64,000 bases of DNA from an uncultured Rhodobacteraceae bacterium (GTDB lineage: Bacteria; Pseudomonadota; Alphaproteobacteria; Rhodobacterales; Rhodobacteraceae). Below are positions 18,613-29,399 of this stretch, piece by piece (positions within the stretch are counted from its first letter, which is position 1; every line of letters begins with the position of its first letter). The translations under genes were made by a program, and so were the position numbers. Below the pieces are notes generated by a model. The model saw only the letters and a list, made by a program, of their open reading frames with translations. It made no database searches and was not told the origin of the DNA. The stretch is from the NCBI GenBank assembly GCA_947488605.1, contig CANKZJ010000006.1, forward strand, positions 7,822-71,821, written 5' to 3'.

Positions 18613-19932
18613 CTACCAGCGGCGCTCGAAGCGGCGGCGCAGGTAGATTGCAACCGCATTCATTATCAACAAAAACACCAACAATGTAATGATCGCCCCT
18701 GACGCACGTTCCACAAAGGCCGGATCAGAACGCTGTGTCCAGTTGAACACCTGCACCGGCAGCGCTGTTGACGCCTCGCCGAACAGACCGGCCTCTGGTG
18801 TGTAAGCCGCCGGGTATTCGCGCACAAAGGCCACCATGCCGATCAGCAAGAGCGGCGCAGTTTCACCCAAGGCTTGCGCCAAACCAATGATAGTCCCTGT
18901 CAGAATACCCGGTGCAGCCAACGGCAACACATGGTGAAAGACCGACTGCATCTTGGAGGCACCCACCCCCAAAGCCGCGTCGCGGATGGATGGCGGCACG
19001 GATTTGAGCGCCGCACGGGTTGAGATGATGATCGTTGGCAAGGTCATCAGCGTCAGAACCAAACCACCCACCAAGGGGGAGGATTGGTTGAATTCCATGA
19101 AGTTGATAAAGATAGCTAGGCCCAAGATACCATAAACAATCGATGGCACCGCAGCGAGGTTGGAGATATTCACCTCGATGATGTCCGTGATGCGGTTCTT
19201 GGGCGCGAATTCCTCAAGATAAATCGATGAGGCCACGCCGATCGGCAATGCAAGGAACAGCACCACAAGCATCATGTAGATCGACCCAAGGATCGCGACA
19301 CCCAGACCTGCGGCCTCGGGGCGCTGCACCGATGCGTCCGGCCTGGTAAAGAAACCCCAGTTAAACTTGGTCTCCATTATGCCTGCGTCAGCCAAAGCCT
19401 GCGCAACCATCAAAGCTTCGGGCGAGGTGTTGCCGTCAAGTGCGGCGCTTTCCATCGTCACATCACCTTTGAAGTACGCATCAATGCGCCCAGATGCGAG
19501 CAGATCAAATTCAATGGTTTGCCCAACCAGCGTTGGATCAGCCAAAACGCGATTGCGCACAGTCGCTGCCGCCTCTTTTGAGATCATGTCAGCCAGGTCG
19601 CGCGCGCCCAGTTCTGTCTCAATTCCCAAGCTTTCGATTTCGGCCACGAACGCGTCACGCAACAATGGCGCATAACCAATGGTGGTCGTCTTCGCCATCT
19701 CTGCGCGGTCGCGGTTACCTTGCTTGTCGACACGCTCTTCGACCAGCTCAATAGGCAAAGTGACAAAGGTTTGCTGGAACGAGCTGACGCCGTTGAGCAA
19801 AACTGACGTCAACAAAATCACAAGCGCGAACATAGCAACGCAGATCGCGCTAAACCCGTAAGCCCGGAAACGCGCCTCGGCTGCATTGCGCTTTTTGGTG
19901 CGCGCATCACTTTGCAGAAGGGAGTTGGTCAT
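18613..19932 (-). CDS. pstA: phosphate ABC transporter permease PstA (long form)
   Basis: Polytopic permease with an EAA-type loop. It overlaps pstC by 4 nt. Confidence 0.9.
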   Translation of the reverse strand: MTNSLLQSDARTKKRNAAEARFRAYGFSAICVAMFALVILLTSVLLNGVSSFQQTFVTLPIELVEERVDKQGNRDRAEMAKTTTIGYAPLLRDAFVAEIESLGIETELGARDLADMISKEAAATVRNRVLADPTLVGQTIEFDLLASGRIDAYFKGDVTMESAALDGNTSPEALMVAQALADAGIMETKFNWGFFTRPDASVQRPEAAGLGVAILGSIYMMLVVLFLALPIGVASSIYLEEFAPKNRITDIIEVNISNLAAVPSIVYGILGLAIFINFMEFNQSSPLVGGLVLTLMTLPTIIISTRAALKSVPPSIRDAALGVGASKMQSVFHHVLPLAAPGILTGTIIGLAQALGETAPLLLIGMVAFVREYPAAYTPEAGLFGEASTALPVQVFNWTQRSDPAFVERASGAIITLLVFLLIMNAVAIYLRRRFERRW

Positions 19933-21131
19933 TCGTACTGCTCCCGATATTTGCGCACGATGTAGAGGGCAAACACATTCAAACCAAGGGTGATGACAAA
20001 CAGGGTTAAACCAAGGGCAAATGCGACAAGTGTTTCTGGGCTGGCAAAGTCAGTATCGCCCGTCAGCTGACTGACAATTTTGACGGTCACGGTCGTCATT
20101 GCCTCAAACGGGTTCAGCGATAATCGTGCTGCCGCTCCTGCCCCCAACACCACGATCATCGTCTCACCAATCGCACGCGAAGCCGCCAGCAAGATCGCAC
20201 CAACGATACCCGGCAAGGCAGCGGGAATGACAACTTGGCGGATCGTCTCGGACGGTGTGGCACCCAGCCCCAGCGAACCATCGCGCATCGCTTGTGGGAC
20301 CGCGTTGATAATATCGTCTGAAAGCGAGCTCACAAACGGGATCAGCATGATCCCCATCACCAAGCCCGCCGTCATCACCGATGATGCACTTTGCCCAAAA
20401 CCCATCGGTTCTGCAAAATAGTCGCGCAGCAGCGGGCCTACGGTGATCAGGGCAAACAAGCCGTAAACAATTGTCGGGATACCTGCGAGGATCTCAATCG
20501 CGGGCTTGGCCACGGACCGCATGCGCGGGCTTGCATACTCGGACAAGTAGATCGCCGCGAACAAGCCAATCGGCACCGCAAAGAGCAGTGCAATAAAGCT
20601 GACATAGAGTGTACCCCACAAAAGCGGAATGATCCCCAGATCAGAGTTACCACGGAAATTTGGTGACCATGTTGTCGAGAAAAAGAAATCGCGCCAGTCG
20701 TATTGGCCAAAGAAGTTGAAGGTCTCAAACAGCATCGAAAAGACGATGCCAACGGTCGTCATAATCGCGATGGTGGATGAAAAAATCAGCAACGCCATAA
20801 TCCAACGCTCGGAATAGGTGCGCGCGCGAGACTCAATTTTGATACCAATGAGAGACAGCGCAAATCCTGTGACACCAAGCCCCAGAATGACCAGCGACAA
20901 AAACCATCCCGGTGTCGTGCCTGCAATTCGGCTATAAAGCGCGAACAACAAAACCGCGCCACACGCAGGGACCAGTGTTGCAAGGGTTGTGCTTAAGGCA
21001 TGTTGTCTTGGCAGAGAAACCAGAAGGCGAATATCACCGCCCGCGACCTGCATTGCGCGCGACTTCGCCACAAAATAACCGATGACGGCCAGCGCAATAA
21101 CAAAAAGAAGCGGCGTCGTCAGGGATTGCAT
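19929..21131 (-). CDS. pstC: phosphate ABC transporter permease PstC
   Basis: Polytopic permease located between pstS and pstA. Confidence 0.9.
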   Translation of the reverse strand: MQSLTTPLLFVIALAVIGYFVAKSRAMQVAGGDIRLLVSLPRQHALSTTLATLVPACGAVLLFALYSRIAGTTPGWFLSLVILGLGVTGFALSLIGIKIESRARTYSERWIMALLIFSSTIAIMTTVGIVFSMLFETFNFFGQYDWRDFFFSTTWSPNFRGNSDLGIIPLLWGTLYVSFIALLFAVPIGLFAAIYLSEYASPRMRSVAKPAIEILAGIPTIVYGLFALITVGPLLRDYFAEPMGFGQSASSVMTAGLVMGIMLIPFVSSLSDDIINAVPQAMRDGSLGLGATPSETIRQVVIPAALPGIVGAILLAASRAIGETMIVVLGAGAAARLSLNPFEAMTTVTVKIVSQLTGDTDFASPETLVAFALGLTLFVITLGLNVFALYIVRKYREQYE

Positions 21132-21197
21132 CGGGTATTTCCATTTGTTGGGTCGTGTCTGGGGCGCAAATCAGCGCCCCAGAACGTTGTGTCGTGA

Positions 21198-22232
21198 TTA
21201 AGAGCCGGAGCCCATCACTATTTCACCAGAAACTGTTTCTTGAACGTCCAACAGCTCAGGATCGGAGACCAAACCGTATTCCGCCAACGGGCCATCCGGA
21301 CCGGCGATATCGTCCGACACGAAGAACTCGGCGAAGTCCTTAAGGCCCGGGATCACGTCGATATGTGCGGCCTTGATGTAGAAATACAAAGGCCGTGATA
21401 CTGGATAGTCACCAGCGGCAATGCTTTCGGTTGTTGGAACGACGCCCGACATTGTTGCGACCTGCAACCGATCCGTGTTGTTCTCGTAGAATGACAGACC
21501 AAAGACGCCGATACCGTTTGTGTCGGCTTCGATGCGCGCCAGTGTTTCGGTATAGTCGCCATCAATGTCGACAGACCTGCCATCGGTGCGGATTGCCATG
21601 CATTTCTGCTCAGCTGTGTCTTCGTCAACACCTGCGTCCAGCATTGCCTGGAAGAAACCGCCGTCTTCGCAACCAGCGAGGATGACTTTTTCTTCGAACA
21701 CTTCGCGTGTGCCGTGCTTTGTGCCGGGGATGAACGCTTGGATTGGCTGCGCTGGGAAGTCCGGATTCACTTGGTCCCAAGTCTCAAACGTGTTGGCAAC
21801 CAACGCGCCGTCGATGAAGTGTTCGTTTGCAATCGCTTTGTACCAATCAACCGGCGTGAATTCGAAAGAGTTGCCATTGATGTCAGAGGCAAAAACGATG
21901 CCGTCATATCCAATGCGCACTTCGATGATATCCGTGACACCAGCATCGGCACAGACTGCAATTTCACTCTCACGGATTGGACGCGATGCATTGGCGATGT
22001 CGATTGTATTTGCGCCAACACCTTCACAAAAACGCTTCAGGCCCGCGGAAGAGCCACCAGATTCAACAACTGGTGTCGGGTAGTCAAAATTCTCGCCGAA
22101 AATTTCAGCCACGATAGATGCATAGGGCAACACGGTCGAAGACCCGGCAATCTGCACGTTGTCGCGGGCAAAAGAAGTAGAGGCAGTAAGGGCAATTGCC
22201 GCAGTTGTTGCGGTCAGCTTCATGATCGACAT
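21198..22232 (-). CDS. pstS: phosphate ABC transporter substrate-binding protein
   Basis: ATG 22232 is preceded by AGGAG. The signal peptide is MSIMKLTATTAAIALTASTSFA, and GSSTVLPY is a PstS/PhoT-type motif. Confidence 0.9.
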   Translation of the reverse strand: MSIMKLTATTAAIALTASTSFARDNVQIAGSSTVLPYASIVAEIFGENFDYPTPVVESGGSSAGLKRFCEGVGANTIDIANASRPIRESEIAVCADAGVTDIIEVRIGYDGIVFASDINGNSFEFTPVDWYKAIANEHFIDGALVANTFETWDQVNPDFPAQPIQAFIPGTKHGTREVFEEKVILAGCEDGGFFQAMLDAGVDEDTAEQKCMAIRTDGRSVDIDGDYTETLARIEADTNGIGVFGLSFYENNTDRLQVATMSGVVPTTESIAAGDYPVSRPLYFYIKAAHIDVIPGLKDFAEFFVSDDIAGPDGPLAEYGLVSDPELLDVQETVSGEIVMGSGS

Positions 22233-22303
22233 CAAATCACTCCTGTCAGTCAAACATAGATGGCGCGCGAGCCGCACCACCTTCAAGATCAGGTTTATGC
22301 GTC

Positions 22304-22347
22304 CGTTCAGAAACTTTTGTGACACTTATGTAAAAGTTTTATGACAG
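22304..22347 (-). promoter_or_regulatory. tandem Pho boxes (PhoB binding sites) of the pstS promoter
   Basis: The minus strand reads CTGTCATAAAA CTTTTACATAA GTGTCACAAAA GTTTCTGAAC. That is four 11-bp phased repeats, with units 1 and 3 close to the CTGTCAT+A/T consensus. They end about 73 nt upstream of the pstS ATG. Confidence 0.75.
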
Positions 22348-23376
22348 TCACGAAGTTGGCAAAAACACAGAGATTTTTGTGCCTTTTCCCAATTCACTTT
22401 CGATCAACAGGCGGCCGCGGTGGCGGTTTATGATGTGTTTCACAATCGCAAGGCCCAGTCCCGTGCCGCCCACTTCGCGCGAGCGGTGATTGTCCACGCG
22501 GTAGAATCGCTCCGTCAGGCGCGCAATGTGGTGTTCTGCGATGCCGTCTCCCTTATCAATGACGCTGACCTGCACGGCCTCGGACCTTATACGTTGATGC
22601 ATTTCGGGTGCAGACACGCTTACCGTCACATCACCACCAGAGGCCCCGTATTTGATCGCATTCTCCACCAGATTTGTGAAAACCTGCACCAATTGTCCTG
22701 CGTCACCAGGCACTTTCTCAGCCAGATCCTGTTGAAGCAAAGAAACCGTCACACCTGCGCGCTGCGCTTGCGGCTCCAACCCTTTGATAACCGACGACAG
22801 CAGTGCACTCAAATCGACATGCTGGCGCGGCCGCACGCGTTCATCTTCTTCCACACGGCTGAGCGATAAAAGATCATCCACCAACCGCGTCATGCGGTTT
22901 GCCTCATTCGCCATGATATCCAAGAAACGATCACGGGCTTCGGGGTCATCGCGGGCCGCCCCGCCAAGGGTTTCGATAAAGCCCAGCAATGCGGTCAAAG
23001 GTGTGCGCAGTTCGTGGCTGACGTTTGCCACAAAATCACGCCGCATCTGTCCTGCATCTTCGGCTGCTGTGCGGTCCTCGAACGTCAGGACAATGTCACC
23101 ATCAGCCGCAGCCACCGCGACACGAAAAACAGTATCGCGTGCACCTTCGCGCCCGGTAAAACGGATCGTGCGCGGGTCTCGCAATGCGCGGACCTCTGCA
23201 ATAGCTGCGATGACTGCCGGTTGGCGCAACGCAGTGATGTAATGTTTGCCCATCAAATCAGGGCCAAGGATCGCATCAACCGCCCCATTTGCCGCGCGTA
23301 CCCGATCATCCGGCCCAATCAGAACGACTGGCAGAGGGAAAGCGTCAATGACGGAAACAGTGCGTTTTGCGTTCAT
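22348..23376 (-). CDS. phoR: phosphate regulon sensor histidine kinase (soluble PAS-HisKA-HATPase form)
   Basis: PAS-like N-terminus, H-box ANVSHELRTPLTAL and G-box GGTGLGLAIVKH. No obvious TM segment. Confidence 0.88.
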   Translation of the reverse strand: MNAKRTVSVIDAFPLPVVLIGPDDRVRAANGAVDAILGPDLMGKHYITALRQPAVIAAIAEVRALRDPRTIRFTGREGARDTVFRVAVAAADGDIVLTFEDRTAAEDAGQMRRDFVANVSHELRTPLTALLGFIETLGGAARDDPEARDRFLDIMANEANRMTRLVDDLLSLSRVEEDERVRPRQHVDLSALLSSVIKGLEPQAQRAGVTVSLLQQDLAEKVPGDAGQLVQVFTNLVENAIKYGASGGDVTVSVSAPEMHQRIRSEAVQVSVIDKGDGIAEHHIARLTERFYRVDNHRSREVGGTGLGLAIVKHIINRHRGRLLIESELGKGTKISVFLPTS

Positions 23377-23536
23377 GACAATTAACTAAGCGTTTTCAGG
23401 TAATTAATAAACCCTGAGACAAAATGACCTAGGCCTTGTCGCATTTATTCCAAAAGGCCGGTTGCAATACAACCTATGGGCACCATAGTTCAATGACACA
23501 ACAAAAATAAACGAACTGAATAAAAATGAAAACAAT

Positions 23537-23923
23537 ATGACAGGCTCAGCGCAACGTCGCGAAAAAATACAGGCGGTAGACGACTTGATTGCCCAACAGA
23601 GCAACACGCTCATTGTTGGCAGTCTTGATCGCTGGCAAGCCGAAGGGCGCCTCACGGATGAACTTGATGAGTTCTATTTTGCGGAACTGGCTTCGCTTAC
23701 CGGTGAATTTTTGAACGCTATAAGACCTCAAATCGTACTATCGCCCTTATTTGCGGACAACTTTGATGCGTCCGATGTTGCCCAGACTTTGCACATGCTG
23801 AATTTTGAGGGGCGCTACCGCGTGATTACTGGTCGGCTCCCAAATACTGGCATGATCAAGGCCGAAGTTGCAAACATCGCACCAGCGCTGGATTTTGATA
23901 TACTGGTTGTGCCAACGAAATGA
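23537..23923 (+). CDS. hypothetical protein (128 aa)
   Basis: A clean ORF divergent from phoR behind a 160-bp AT-rich spacer. There is no clear Shine-Dalgarno, several rare codons occur (ATA, AGA, CTA), and I recognise no motif. Confidence 0.5.
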   Translation: MTGSAQRREKIQAVDDLIAQQSNTLIVGSLDRWQAEGRLTDELDEFYFAELASLTGEFLNAIRPQIVLSPLFADNFDASDVAQTLHMLNFEGRYRVITGRLPNTGMIKAEVANIAPALDFDILVVPTK

Positions 23924-23936
23924 TAAACGGATTGAC

Positions 23937-24458
23937 CTAGACGGCGCGCAAATCCGCACGAAAGCGTCTGGCGTTTTCCTGATAATGCAGCGCCGACAGT
24001 CGCAAACCTTCAATGGCCGCTTGGTCGAGTTGTCGCACAACTTTTCCGGGAACACCTATGACCAGAGAGCCGTCGGGTATTGTCTTGCCTTCGGTAATCA
24101 GTGCCCCTGCCCCGATAAGGCAGTCCTTGCCGATGGTTGCACCATTCAAAATGGTGGCGCCCATACCCACAAGTGAGCTTTCACCAATGGTGCACCCATG
24201 CAGCATCGCCTTATGGCCAATCGTGCAGCCCGCACCGATTGTAAGCGGATAGCCCACATCAGTGTGTAGAACGCAGTTTTCCTGCACGTTGCTGCCTGCA
24301 CCAATTGTGATCCGCTCATTATCACCACGTAACGTGCAGCCAAACCAAACAGATGCCTTTGCCTCAAGCACCACATTCCCAATCACATAACATCCCGGTG
24401 CGACCCAAGCCTCGGCATCGACCAGCGGACTTATGTCACCTAGCGCATATAAACTCAT
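23937..24458 (-). CDS. gamma carbonic anhydrase family protein (hexapeptide-repeat, YrdA/PaaY-like)
   Basis: Left-handed beta-helix hexapeptide repeats, with N-terminus [22 protein letters not shown] typical of the family. Confidence 0.88.
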   Translation of the reverse strand: MSLYALGDISPLVDAEAWVAPGCYVIGNVVLEAKASVWFGCTLRGDNERITIGAGSNVQENCVLHTDVGYPLTIGAGCTIGHKAMLHGCTIGESSLVGMGATILNGATIGKDCLIGAGALITEGKTIPDGSLVIGVPGKVVRQLDQAAIEGLRLSALHYQENARRFRADLRAV

Positions 24459-25093
24459 GTGCGGTCCCCAAATTGCGATTGCAGGTTCCTGACATGATCA
24501 ACCAACTGCGGCTGTTGTGACCTACGTAAGCGTTCTGCCGAAATGATCGTCTTAAGCTGCGCCTCTGTGGCGTCTACATCATCGTTGACCAAAACATAAT
24601 CATAACCACCCCAATGGCTGATCTCGTCCCAGCTCTTTTGCATCCGGCCTTCAATAACTTCGGGGCTGTCTTGGCCACGGCTGACCAATCTGCGATGCAA
24701 TTCTGTGATTGACGGTGGCAGTATGAAGATCGAGAGCACATGATCCTTGAGCGCCGAATTACTGATCTGCTGCGCGCCTTGCCAATCAATGTCGAACAGC
24801 ACGTCGCGCCCGCCCTCAATCGCCTCTTCGACAGGCGCTTTGGGCGATCCGTAGTAGTTACCAAACACCCGCGCATGTTCAAGCATACCGTCCTGTTCGA
24901 CCTGGCTTTGAAATTCAGGGACCGACACGAAGTAATAGTCCTTCCCGTCCACTTCACCGGTGCGTGGCGCTCGCGTGGTCGCAGAAACAGAGAACCGTAA
25001 TGTATCGTCCCAGGCGCGCAAACGGCCAGCCAACGTCGATTTTCCTGCACCTGATGGCGACGACAGAATAATTAGTAGGCCACGCCGGGACAT
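24455..25093 (-). CDS. gmk: guanylate kinase
   Basis: ATG 25093 is preceded by GGAG. P-loop [11 protein letters not shown]. Confidence 0.93.
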   Translation of the reverse strand: MSRRGLLIILSSPSGAGKSTLAGRLRAWDDTLRFSVSATTRAPRTGEVDGKDYYFVSVPEFQSQVEQDGMLEHARVFGNYYGSPKAPVEEAIEGGRDVLFDIDWQGAQQISNSALKDHVLSIFILPPSITELHRRLVSRGQDSPEVIEGRMQKSWDEISHWGGYDYVLVNDDVDATEAQLKTIISAERLRRSQQPQLVDHVRNLQSQFGDRT

Positions 25094-25097
25094 TCTT

Positions 25098-25988
25098 TTA
25101 CTCCACATTCTGTATTTGTTCACGCATCTGGTCGATCACCGCTTTCAAGTCCAATCCGATGGCCGTCAACGGTGCTGCCTGCGCTTTGGCGCAAAGCGTG
25201 TTGGCCTCGCGGTTAAATTCCTGCGCCAGAAAATCCAGCTTGCGCCCAGCTGGCTTTTCACCGCCAAGCAACCCCCGCGCGGCAACCACATGCGCCTTGA
25301 GCCGGTCGATTTCTTCGGTCACGTCAGATTTGACCGCAAGAATAGCGAGTTCCTGCGCAATCCGCCCCATATCCATGTCGGCGGCATCTTCCATCACGCG
25401 GCGCAACGCATCCTTAAGATTGTCGCGCACTTGCGGTGCCCGGGCTTTTGCCGCGTCCGCGGCTGCTTCGGTCAACGCAGCAATCTGGTCTAGTTGATCA
25501 GCGATAACAGTTTCAAGAGCAGCCCCTTCATGCGCCCGCATCGCGACGAATTCTGCCATCAAAGGCGCGATATCATCTGTGAGTGCGGCTTTCACCGCCT
25601 CCGCGCCATCGTCGTTTGTCCCGGCAATCAACACGCCACGCTGGTTCAATACATCTGCTGCCGTTGGCTGGCCAAGCGTCACGCCCATCGCAAAAGCACG
25701 TTCTTGCACCATGTCCAACGCTTTGAGCATGCCATCAAGTTGGGCCGCGTCTACGGTGACATCTCCTGCTGCGTTCTCACGCTGCAAGCGCAGATTGACC
25801 GTTACATTGCCGCGGGCAAGCACCTTCGTCAGGGCGGTTCGCAGCACGGGTTCAATCCCATCGGCACCCTCGGGCATACGTATGCGCAGATCCAGCCCGC
25901 GTGCATTTACACCGCGCATTTCCCAACTCCATGATGTCGCGCCGTGATTACCGGTGCGGCTGGCGAATGCTGTCATGGAATTAGTCAT
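25098..25988 (-). CDS. yicC: YicC/YloC family protein
   Basis: N-terminus MTAFAS, C-terminus [35 protein letters not shown], and the classic yicC-gmk adjacency. Confidence 0.88.
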   Translation of the reverse strand: MTNSMTAFASRTGNHGATSWSWEMRGVNARGLDLRIRMPEGADGIEPVLRTALTKVLARGNVTVNLRLQRENAAGDVTVDAAQLDGMLKALDMVQERAFAMGVTLGQPTAADVLNQRGVLIAGTNDDGAEAVKAALTDDIAPLMAEFVAMRAHEGAALETVIADQLDQIAALTEAAADAAKARAPQVRDNLKDALRRVMEDAADMDMGRIAQELAILAVKSDVTEEIDRLKAHVVAARGLLGGEKPAGRKLDFLAQEFNREANTLCAKAQAAPLTAIGLDLKAVIDQMREQIQNVE

Positions 25989-26074
25989 CGTTTCGCGCCT
26001 CTTGAACTTACTGAGGCACCTAAAAGGAAACCCACACCGGGGGCAAGGGCGCGCTGCTGCGCCGCGTTAACCTG

Positions 26075-26089
26075 TTAACACTTTGTTAA
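26075..26089. promoter_or_regulatory. CtrA-type box candidate (TTAA-N7-TTAA)
   Basis: TTAACACTTTGTTAA lies 33 nt upstream of the PAS gene ATG. Additional TTAA copies are at 26067 and 26112. Confidence 0.4.
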
Positions 26090-26121
26090 GTGCTTGAAGG
26101 TCAGAATTTTGTTAAAAATAT

Positions 26122-26820
26122 ATGAACGCCATCGAGCAGCTTTTGCAGTCGGCAAAGAAGAAAGGCAGTCACCAAATGGATACGATTGATCACCTGCATT
26201 CGCGCCGCGGCAGCGATTTGCCCGGCGCGGATGACCCCGTCTTGCATGCGCTCGAAGAATACTGGAAAACACTGCGTCACGCACAGCGGATACCTGCCCG
26301 CAACGATCTTGTGCCCAGCAAGATTGACCACGTGCTGCCCTATGCCTTTATTCTACAACGCGTCGCACCCGGTATTGCCCGTTTTCGGGTGGCGGGACAA
26401 AAGCTGCATAGTTTTTTGAAAATGGATGCACGCGGCATGCCTTTCACGACCTTGTTTGAGGCGCAATCTCGCGACCAAATTCAGGACCTTGTGGAACAAG
26501 CTTTTGCCGAGCCTGCAATTGTCGGCTTGTCTGTGAATTCATCCGGCACTCTTCTGAGGCCGGAAATTAACGGCAGCATGCTGCTGTTGCCAATGCGCGA
26601 TCACCAGGGCACAACAACCCGCCTTTTGGGTGCGTTGGTAACACCACCACATAATGGCAACCGTCCACGACGGTTTACCATCTCACAGAACTCCGCCATC
26701 CGGCATGAACCTCTGGGCATGAAAATCGCCGCGACACAAATCATGCCGCACGCGTCGGCCGGTACAGAAAAGCCGGACGTAACACGCCCGGCTCTTCGTC
26801 TTGTTGTCAATAATAGCTGA
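26122..26820 (+). CDS. PAS domain-containing protein (PAS_5/DUF1457-like)
   Basis: The pattern LEEYWKTLRHAQRIPARNDLVPSKIDHVLPYAFILQRV..ARFRVAGQKL is characteristic of this alphaproteobacterial single-PAS family. Confidence 0.75.
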   Translation: MNAIEQLLQSAKKKGSHQMDTIDHLHSRRGSDLPGADDPVLHALEEYWKTLRHAQRIPARNDLVPSKIDHVLPYAFILQRVAPGIARFRVAGQKLHSFLKMDARGMPFTTLFEAQSRDQIQDLVEQAFAEPAIVGLSVNSSGTLLRPEINGSMLLLPMRDHQGTTTRLLGALVTPPHNGNRPRRFTISQNSAIRHEPLGMKIAATQIMPHASAGTEKPDVTRPALRLVVNNS

Positions 26821-28191
26821 CTAGCCAGCCTTTGCGTGCTGCATTGTCTGGCGGCGCGCGGAAAGCTCCTCAGCGACCAGGAATGCCAGTTCCAAAGACT
26901 GCGATGCATTCAGACGTGGATCACAGGCCGTGTGATACCGGCTGGACAAGTCCTCGTCGGTGACGGCGCGAACACCGCCGGTGCACTCTGTGACGTCCTT
27001 GCCGGTCATCTCGAAATGCACACCGCCCGGGATCGTGCCTTCGGCGTTGTGGATTGCAAAGAATTCCTTGACCTCACGCAGCACGCTTTCAAATGGACGG
27101 GTTTTATAACCAGTCGATGATTTGATCGTGTTGCCATGCATCGCGTCACAGGTCCAAACAACGTTGGCCCCTTCTTCTTCGACAGCTTTGATCAAACGCG
27201 GCAGGTGTTCCCCAACAGAACCCGCACCAAAGCGTGCGATCAGTGTCAAACGCCCTGCTTCGTTTTCCGGATTTAGCGATGCCATCAGCGCCTTGAGGTG
27301 CCCAGACGTCATGCTGGGACCGCATTTCAGGCCAATTGGGTTTTGGACGCCTTTGCAGAATTCCACATGCGCGCCATCAGGCTGGCGGGTACGATCACCG
27401 ATCCAGATCATGTGACCGGATCCTGCGAGCCATTTGCCTGACGTCGAATCCAAACGGCAAAGCGCTTCTTCATACTCAAGCAACAGTGCTTCGTGGCTGG
27501 TATAGAAATCAACGGTTTGCAATTCGTGGTTGGTTTCAGTCGTCAAACCGGCAGCTTCCATGAAGTCGAGCGTATCGCTGATACGCGCCGCCATGTCGCT
27601 GTATTTTTGCACTTCGTTGCCGTCAGTGAACCCAAGCGTCCATTTGTGGACCTCGTGGACATTGGCAAAACCACCCGTAGAGAACGCGCGCAGCAGGTTT
27701 AATGTGGCAGCAGCCTGCAGATAAGCCTGCAACATCCGCTCTGGATCAGGAATGCGGCTTTCGGGTGTGAAATCAAAACCGTTGATGATGTCACCACGGT
27801 AGCTTGGCAGTTCAACACCGCTTACCGTCTCGGTTGGGGCGGAACGTGGCTTGGCCATTTGACCGGCCATGCGGCCCACTTTGACGACAGGCACTTTCGC
27901 GCCGTAAGTCAGCACCATTGCCATCTGCAACATTACTTTGAACGTATCCCGAATGCTATCGGCAGCGAATTCCGCAAAGCTTTCGGCACAGTCGCCGCCT
28001 TGCAGCAAAAACGCCTCACCACGGCTGACGGCACCAAGCTCGGCTTTGAGGTTGCGCACTTCACCCGCAAAGACCAATGGCGGATAACTGGCAAGACGAC
28101 CTTCAACAGCACCAAGTGCAGCTGCGTCGGTATACTCAGGCATCTGGACCCGGGGCTTTTTGCGCCAGTCAGATTTTTGCCAGTCAGTCAT
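26821..28191 (-). CDS. class II 3-deoxy-7-phosphoheptulonate (DAHP) synthase
   Basis: N-terminus [24 protein letters not shown], with a length of 456 aa typical of plant-like class II enzymes. Confidence 0.92.
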   Translation of the reverse strand: MTDWQKSDWRKKPRVQMPEYTDAAALGAVEGRLASYPPLVFAGEVRNLKAELGAVSRGEAFLLQGGDCAESFAEFAADSIRDTFKVMLQMAMVLTYGAKVPVVKVGRMAGQMAKPRSAPTETVSGVELPSYRGDIINGFDFTPESRIPDPERMLQAYLQAAATLNLLRAFSTGGFANVHEVHKWTLGFTDGNEVQKYSDMAARISDTLDFMEAAGLTTETNHELQTVDFYTSHEALLLEYEEALCRLDSTSGKWLAGSGHMIWIGDRTRQPDGAHVEFCKGVQNPIGLKCGPSMTSGHLKALMASLNPENEAGRLTLIARFGAGSVGEHLPRLIKAVEEEGANVVWTCDAMHGNTIKSSTGYKTRPFESVLREVKEFFAIHNAEGTIPGGVHFEMTGKDVTECTGGVRAVTDEDLSSRYHTACDPRLNASQSLELAFLVAEELSARRQTMQHAKAG

Positions 28192-28385
28192 AGTTCTACT
28201 CCAAATAAGGGGTCAGTTAGCGGTATCAGATGCTGCGTATAACGCGCAGGCTGGCCCGCGCCAATCCCAAAATGAAGTATGACCCGGATACGCCGCTACA
28301 TGTGCTATGTATGACTTTCCCTCTTGAACGCGGCTGTCAAACCTGTTGAGGTCTTTCGACAAGATGCGACCTTAGGACAAACACG

Positions 28386-29387
28386 ATGTCGATCGAACCT
28401 CAAATCGTCGAAGTAGACCACGTCGGCAAGTCACGTCGCTTTGTTTTTGTGCTAATGGAAAACTTTACGATGCTGTGCTTCGCCGCGGCACTCGAAAGCC
28501 TACGCATTGCCAACAGAACGGCCGGCAAAGAGCTGTATACTTGGAAAATAATTGCTGAAAATGGCGAAGAGGCGCGGTGTTCCAACGGATGTACTTTCCG
28601 CGTTGAGGACGACCTGACCGAGCTGGACCGTGACGACACGATTATGCTGTGCGGCGGTGTGGATGTTCAAAAAGCCACCACCAAACGCATCTTGAATTGG
28701 TTGCGCCGTGAGGCGCGCCGCGGTGTGACCATCGCAGGGCTTTGCACGGCAGGCTATTCAATGGCCAAGGCCGGTCTGTTGGACGGAAAAAAAGCAACGA
28801 TCCATTGGGAAAACCAAGATAGTTTTGCCGAGGAGTTTGAAGATGTTAATCTGACGAAGTCCGTCTTCGTTGTTGATGGGAACCGGATCACCACGGCTGG
28901 CGGCACTGCGTCGATTGACCTGATGATCAAAATCATCGCGGATGAACATGGCGAAGACCTTGCCAACGCCGTCGCCGACATCTTGATTTATTCCTCCATT
29001 CGGACGGACCAAGACACGCAGCGGCTATCAATCCCCACGCGGATCGGCGTGCGGCATCCAAAGCTCAGCCGCGTTATTCAGATGATGGAACAAAACATCG
29101 AAGAACCCATAAGTCCTGCAACGCTGGCAAAAGACGTCGGCATGTCCACACGCCAGCTTGAGCGCCTCTTTCGACGGTACCTGTCGCGTAGTCCAAAACG
29201 GTACTACATGGAGTTGCGTTTGCAAAAGGCGCGTAACTTGTTGATGCAAACAGATATGACAGTGATCAACGTGGCCTTGGCCTGCGGGTTCGCGTCACCT
29301 TCGCATTTTTCGAAATGCTATCGATCACATTATGATACAACACCATATAGGGAACGCGGCAGCCATGCCGCACGGCTTTCTGTTTAG
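28386..29387 (+). CDS. GlxA family (DJ-1/PfpI domain plus AraC HTH) transcriptional regulator
   Basis: N-terminal class I glutamine-amidotransferase-like fold (FVLMENFTMLCFAAALESLRIAN). C-terminal AraC signature (ALACGFASPSHFSKCYRSHY). Confidence 0.88.
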   Translation: MSIEPQIVEVDHVGKSRRFVFVLMENFTMLCFAAALESLRIANRTAGKELYTWKIIAENGEEARCSNGCTFRVEDDLTELDRDDTIMLCGGVDVQKATTKRILNWLRREARRGVTIAGLCTAGYSMAKAGLLDGKKATIHWENQDSFAEEFEDVNLTKSVFVVDGNRITTAGGTASIDLMIKIIADEHGEDLANAVADILIYSSIRTDQDTQRLSIPTRIGVRHPKLSRVIQMMEQNIEEPISPATLAKDVGMSTRQLERLFRRYLSRSPKRYYMELRLQKARNLLMQTDMTVINVALACGFASPSHFSKCYRSHYDTTPYRERGSHAARLSV

Positions 29388-29399
29388 TGGGGTGTAAGA

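Noticed and set aside
23409-23499. Pho boxes upstream of phoR
   Set aside because: Only isolated heptamer-like half-sites occur (GGTCAT, GTGTCAT), without the phased 11-bp partner units seen at pstS. That is too weak to call.
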